Sequence record: SRR20825006_1933
Length of the DNA: 29,646 nt
Strand: one strand, 5' to 3'
The notes under the pieces were generated by a model. The model worked only from the letters and a program-made list of their open reading frames with translations. It did not search any database and was not told the DNA's origin. Of the stretch, positions 27,034 to 29,646 are shown in pieces (position 1 is the stretch's first letter; every line of letters begins with the position of its first letter). A program made the translations under genes and the position numbers.

Positions 27034-27237
27034 TTATCCGTCCGCCAAAATAACAAATCATGAATTCGTCCCCACTATACGATCTGCCTTCACCTCGTAT
27101 TGAAGTAAATCAGTGTCGGGTTAACGAATCAAAAATTACTATTGGTTGAATACCAGTCAACCAGACACCACCTCTGCGGAACAAAATACCTCGGAAGACA
27201 CCCTCTAATCTGTGAAAAGAAATGAAGGAGAATGGTT

Positions 27238-28116
27238 CTACCTCGTTGGAACCGGCTCAGGTCCGGAATAGTCGTAGAATCCCTTGCCGACTTTTTTACC
27301 AACCCAGCCTGCCTCAACATATTTCACCAGCAACGGACAGGGCCTGTACTTGGTGTCGGCAAGACCATCGTGCAAAACTTGCATAATCGACAGACAGGTA
27401 TCGAGCCCGATGAAGTCGGCAAGCGTCAACGGCCCCATCGGATGATTTGCGCCAAGGCGCATGGCCGTATCAATGCTTTCAACCGTGCCAACACCTTCGT
27501 AAAGAGCGTAAACGGCCTCATTGATCATGGGCACAAGGATCCGGTTGACGATAAAGGCCGGGTAGTCCTCGGCATTCGTGGTCGTCTTCTCTAGGCGCCC
27601 TGCAAACCCGATGGCGGTCTCGTAGGTTTCCTGATCCGTTGCGAGCCCACGGATCACTTCAACCAGCTTCATCAGCGGAACGGGATTCATGAAGTGCAGC
27701 CCGATAAACCGTTCGGGACGGTCGGTGACGGACGCGAGCCGTGTGATCGAGATGGACGACGTATTCGTCGCCAGAAATGTACTCGCAGGCACGATTTCGC
27801 AGATCGAGCGGAAGATCTGTTCCTTGATTTCTCGGCGCTCTGTGGCGGCCTCGATAACAAGGTCTGCGACCTCATGGTCCTTCAAGACAGTTGTTGGCTT
27901 GATACGCCCGAGTGCGGTGTTCATATCGCCTTGGCCGTATTGTCCCCGACCAACCTGACGAGCCATATTATGTTCGATCGCCTTCATACCTTTGGCGAGA
28001 GACTCTTCGGAAATATCGCTGAGAACGACGTCGTATCCGGCTAGCGCGCTGACATGGGCGATACCATTCCCCATCTGGCCCGCGCCAATCACGCCAATTG
28101 TCTTCAGGTCTGCCAT
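27238..28116 (-). CDS. hbd: 3-hydroxybutyryl-CoA dehydrogenase
   Basis: IGVIGAGQMGNGIA, ATNTSSISIT, GLHFMNPVP and HPMGPLTLADFIGLD. Confidence 0.95.
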   Translation of the reverse strand: MADLKTIGVIGAGQMGNGIAHVSALAGYDVVLSDISEESLAKGMKAIEHNMARQVGRGQYGQGDMNTALGRIKPTTVLKDHEVADLVIEAATERREIKEQIFRSICEIVPASTFLATNTSSISITRLASVTDRPERFIGLHFMNPVPLMKLVEVIRGLATDQETYETAIGFAGRLEKTTTNAEDYPAFIVNRILVPMINEAVYALYEGVGTVESIDTAMRLGANHPMGPLTLADFIGLDTCLSIMQVLHDGLADTKYRPCPLLVKYVEAGWVGKKVGKGFYDYSGPEPVPTR

Positions 28117-28286
28117 AAGTCTCGTCCAGATCGTCGTAAAAGAGAGATGTCATATCCTGTTTGTGCAGTGCGTCAAACACAAGTCTGGGATGCAGTCGCC
28201 GCGGGTATATCCGCAATCCTGCAAGATGGTCCCGCCCGCAGACGGTCCGACAACACCGAAGCGGGAAACCCAGGATCGATCCCGCG

Positions 28287-28988
28287 CTACGCGGTGTAAA
28301 TCATCCTGCGCGTCATGCCGCCGTCCACTGTCAGCACCTGCCCCGTCACAAAGCCGGCACCAGACAGGTAGGCCACCGCATGCACGATATCTTCGACTTC
28401 CCCCACTCGACCGACTGGATGCTGCGCGTGTGCCTCACCAGACAGCACGTCACCAGTTGAATTGATCCAGCCGGGCGCAATTGCGTTGGCCCTGACATCC
28501 GGCCCAAGACCGATGGCTAGCGCATGCGTCAGGCCAATAATGCCTCCCTTTGCTGCTGCATACCCGTAGGTGTCAGGCTCCGACTGATAGGCCCGGGTCG
28601 ATGTCATATTGACGATACTCCCCTTGGCAGCGCGCAAATAAGGCGTGCATTCCCGCGCCATCAAGAAGCTACCGTTCAGATGCGGTGCGATCCAGCTATT
28701 CCAGTCATTGATACTCATCTCTTCAAGGGGCCCGGCGACCGGGTCGGCTGGCCCGCCATTGTTCACGAGTAGGTGAAGCTGTTCGAACCCAGCTTCTGCG
28801 ACCGCGGCGCGAATACTCTCTTCTGATGACAGGTCACACCAAATCGGCTGGATCCCGTCTTTTGGGAGCGAGGCAAGACCATCATGATCGATATCCAGCG
28901 CAGCGACGCGCCAATCTTCATTGGCAAAATGCACGGCAGTTGCACGGCCGATACCCGACGCTGCACCTGTCACGATGGCTGTTCGCAT
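28287..28988 (-). CDS. Short-chain dehydrogenase/reductase
   Basis: TGAASGIG, YAAAK and VTGQVLTVDGG. Confidence 0.93.
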   Translation of the reverse strand: MRTAIVTGAASGIGRATAVHFANEDWRVAALDIDHDGLASLPKDGIQPIWCDLSSEESIRAAVAEAGFEQLHLLVNNGGPADPVAGPLEEMSINDWNSWIAPHLNGSFLMARECTPYLRAAKGSIVNMTSTRAYQSEPDTYGYAAAKGGIIGLTHALAIGLGPDVRANAIAPGWINSTGDVLSGEAHAQHPVGRVGEVEDIVHAVAYLSGAGFVTGQVLTVDGGMTRRMIYTA

Positions 28989-29023
28989 GCAATCTCCTGA
29001 TCATGGCTTAGCTCGCTCTATAC

Positions 29024-29060
29024 AAAACAACCCGCGACTCCCCTAAGGAGTTGCGGGTTG
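29024..29060 (-). terminator. Intrinsic terminator after etfA
   Basis: CAACCCGC(G)ACTCC...GGAGT(T)GCGGGTTG stem with a T run on the minus strand. Confidence 0.8.
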
Positions 29061-29082
29061 AATTCAGTCAGGGGTGAGAAGC

Positions 29083-29646
29083 TTACAGCGCCTCGGTCAG
29101 TTCCGGGACAGCATTGAAGAGGTCTGCAACCAGGCCATAATCGGCGACTTGGAAAATTGGAGCCTCTTCGTCCTTGTTGATGGCAACGATGATCTTGGAA
29201 TCCTTCATCCCAGCAAGGTGTTGGATAGCCCCGGAGATGCCGACAGCGACATACAGTTCAGGCGCAACGATTTTGCCGGTCTGACCTACCTGATAATCGT
29301 TGGGAGCGTATCCCGCATCGACTGCAGCGCGCGATGCGCCGACAGCCGCTTCGAGCTTGTCAGCCAATGGCACAATCAGGCGGTCGAATTCTTCCTTCGA
29401 TCCCAACGCTCGGCCACCAGACACGACGCGCTTGGCACCGGCCAGTTCTGGACGGTCGGATTTGACCATCTGCTCCGACACGAATTCGGATTTGAACGGG
29501 CCAGCAGGGGCATTAGCTGCTTCGACCGAAGCCGAACCATCTTCACCAGCAGCTTCGAATGCCGTGCCACGAACCGTGATGACTTTCTTCGCATCGGAAG
29601 ACTTAACCGTCAGGATTGCGTTGCCGGCATAGATCGGACGCTCGAA
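29083..29646 (-). CDS. etfA: Electron transfer flavoprotein alpha subunit, 5'-truncated by the window edge
   Basis: [33 protein letters not shown] and [15 protein letters not shown]. Confidence 0.97.
   Translation of the reverse strand, partial: FERPIYAGNAILTVKSSDAKKVITVRGTAFEAAGEDGSASVEAANAPAGPFKSEFVSEQMVKSDRPELAGAKRVVSGGRALGSKEEFDRLIVPLADKLEAAVGASRAAVDAGYAPNDYQVGQTGKIVAPELYVAVGISGAIQHLAGMKDSKIIVAINKDEEAPIFQVADYGLVADLFNAVPELTEAL

Noticed and set aside
26822..27061. 79-aa ORF overlapping the ecfG2 start codon
   Set aside because: The alternative frame 26839-27033 carries the NepR motif; this one has no recognisable features
27120..27135. CtrA box upstream of nepR2
   Set aside because: Only one TTAAC half-site; the second half does not match
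27143..27163. Inverted repeat TGGTTGA-N7-TCAACCA upstream of nepR2 as an Fnr/FixK box
   Set aside because: The spacing is TTGA-N7-TCAA rather than N6; it could equally be a weak hairpin after hbd
27178..27202. GGAAC on the plus strand as an EcfG promoter
   Set aside because: No acceptable -10 at 16-17 nt, and it points antisense into hbd
1..29646. CRISPR arrays, IS elements or integrases, tRNA/rRNA, defence systems
   Set aside because: No regularly spaced repeats, transposase or integrase motifs, or RNA-gene signatures seen by eye; an Infernal/Rfam scan is needed to exclude small RNAs

Overview
Alphaproteobacterial chromosomal DNA; gene content and order suggest Hyphomonadaceae or a relative (inference). 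Five blocks: (1) 1-7732, part of a flagellar cluster (flgL', flgI; fliF-fliH-like-fliN-fliP-fliG on -; fliL-hypothetical-motE on +) with a CtrA-like box in the divergent promoter. (2) 7766-12176, a diverged PhyR-like regulator divergent from a MASE1-PAS-PAS-HisKA-HATPase-REC-Hpt hybrid kinase. (3) 12307-17932, a LacI-controlled sodium:solute symporter plus GH3 beta-glucosidase. (4) 17940-27033, a general stress response (GSR) island: nepR-ecfG-HisKA_2 kinase / phyR, AI-2E transporter, DUF1328, entericidin, Crp/Fnr regulator, DUF883 operon, small membrane proteins, a second nepR-ecfG pair, and eight readable GGAAC-N16/17-NNTT/CGTA promoters (one weak). (5) 27238-29646, hbd, an SDR and etfA'. 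The best candidate for an undescribed system is a second, diverged PhyR/NepR/EcfG partner switch. It has no visible EcfG promoter, its sigma has an altered region 2 loop, and it may take input from a conventional hybrid kinase. An unannotated EcfG-type transcript at about 20080 is also notable. No mobile elements, CRISPR arrays, tRNA or rRNA were seen. Product calls come from motif recognition, not database searches.
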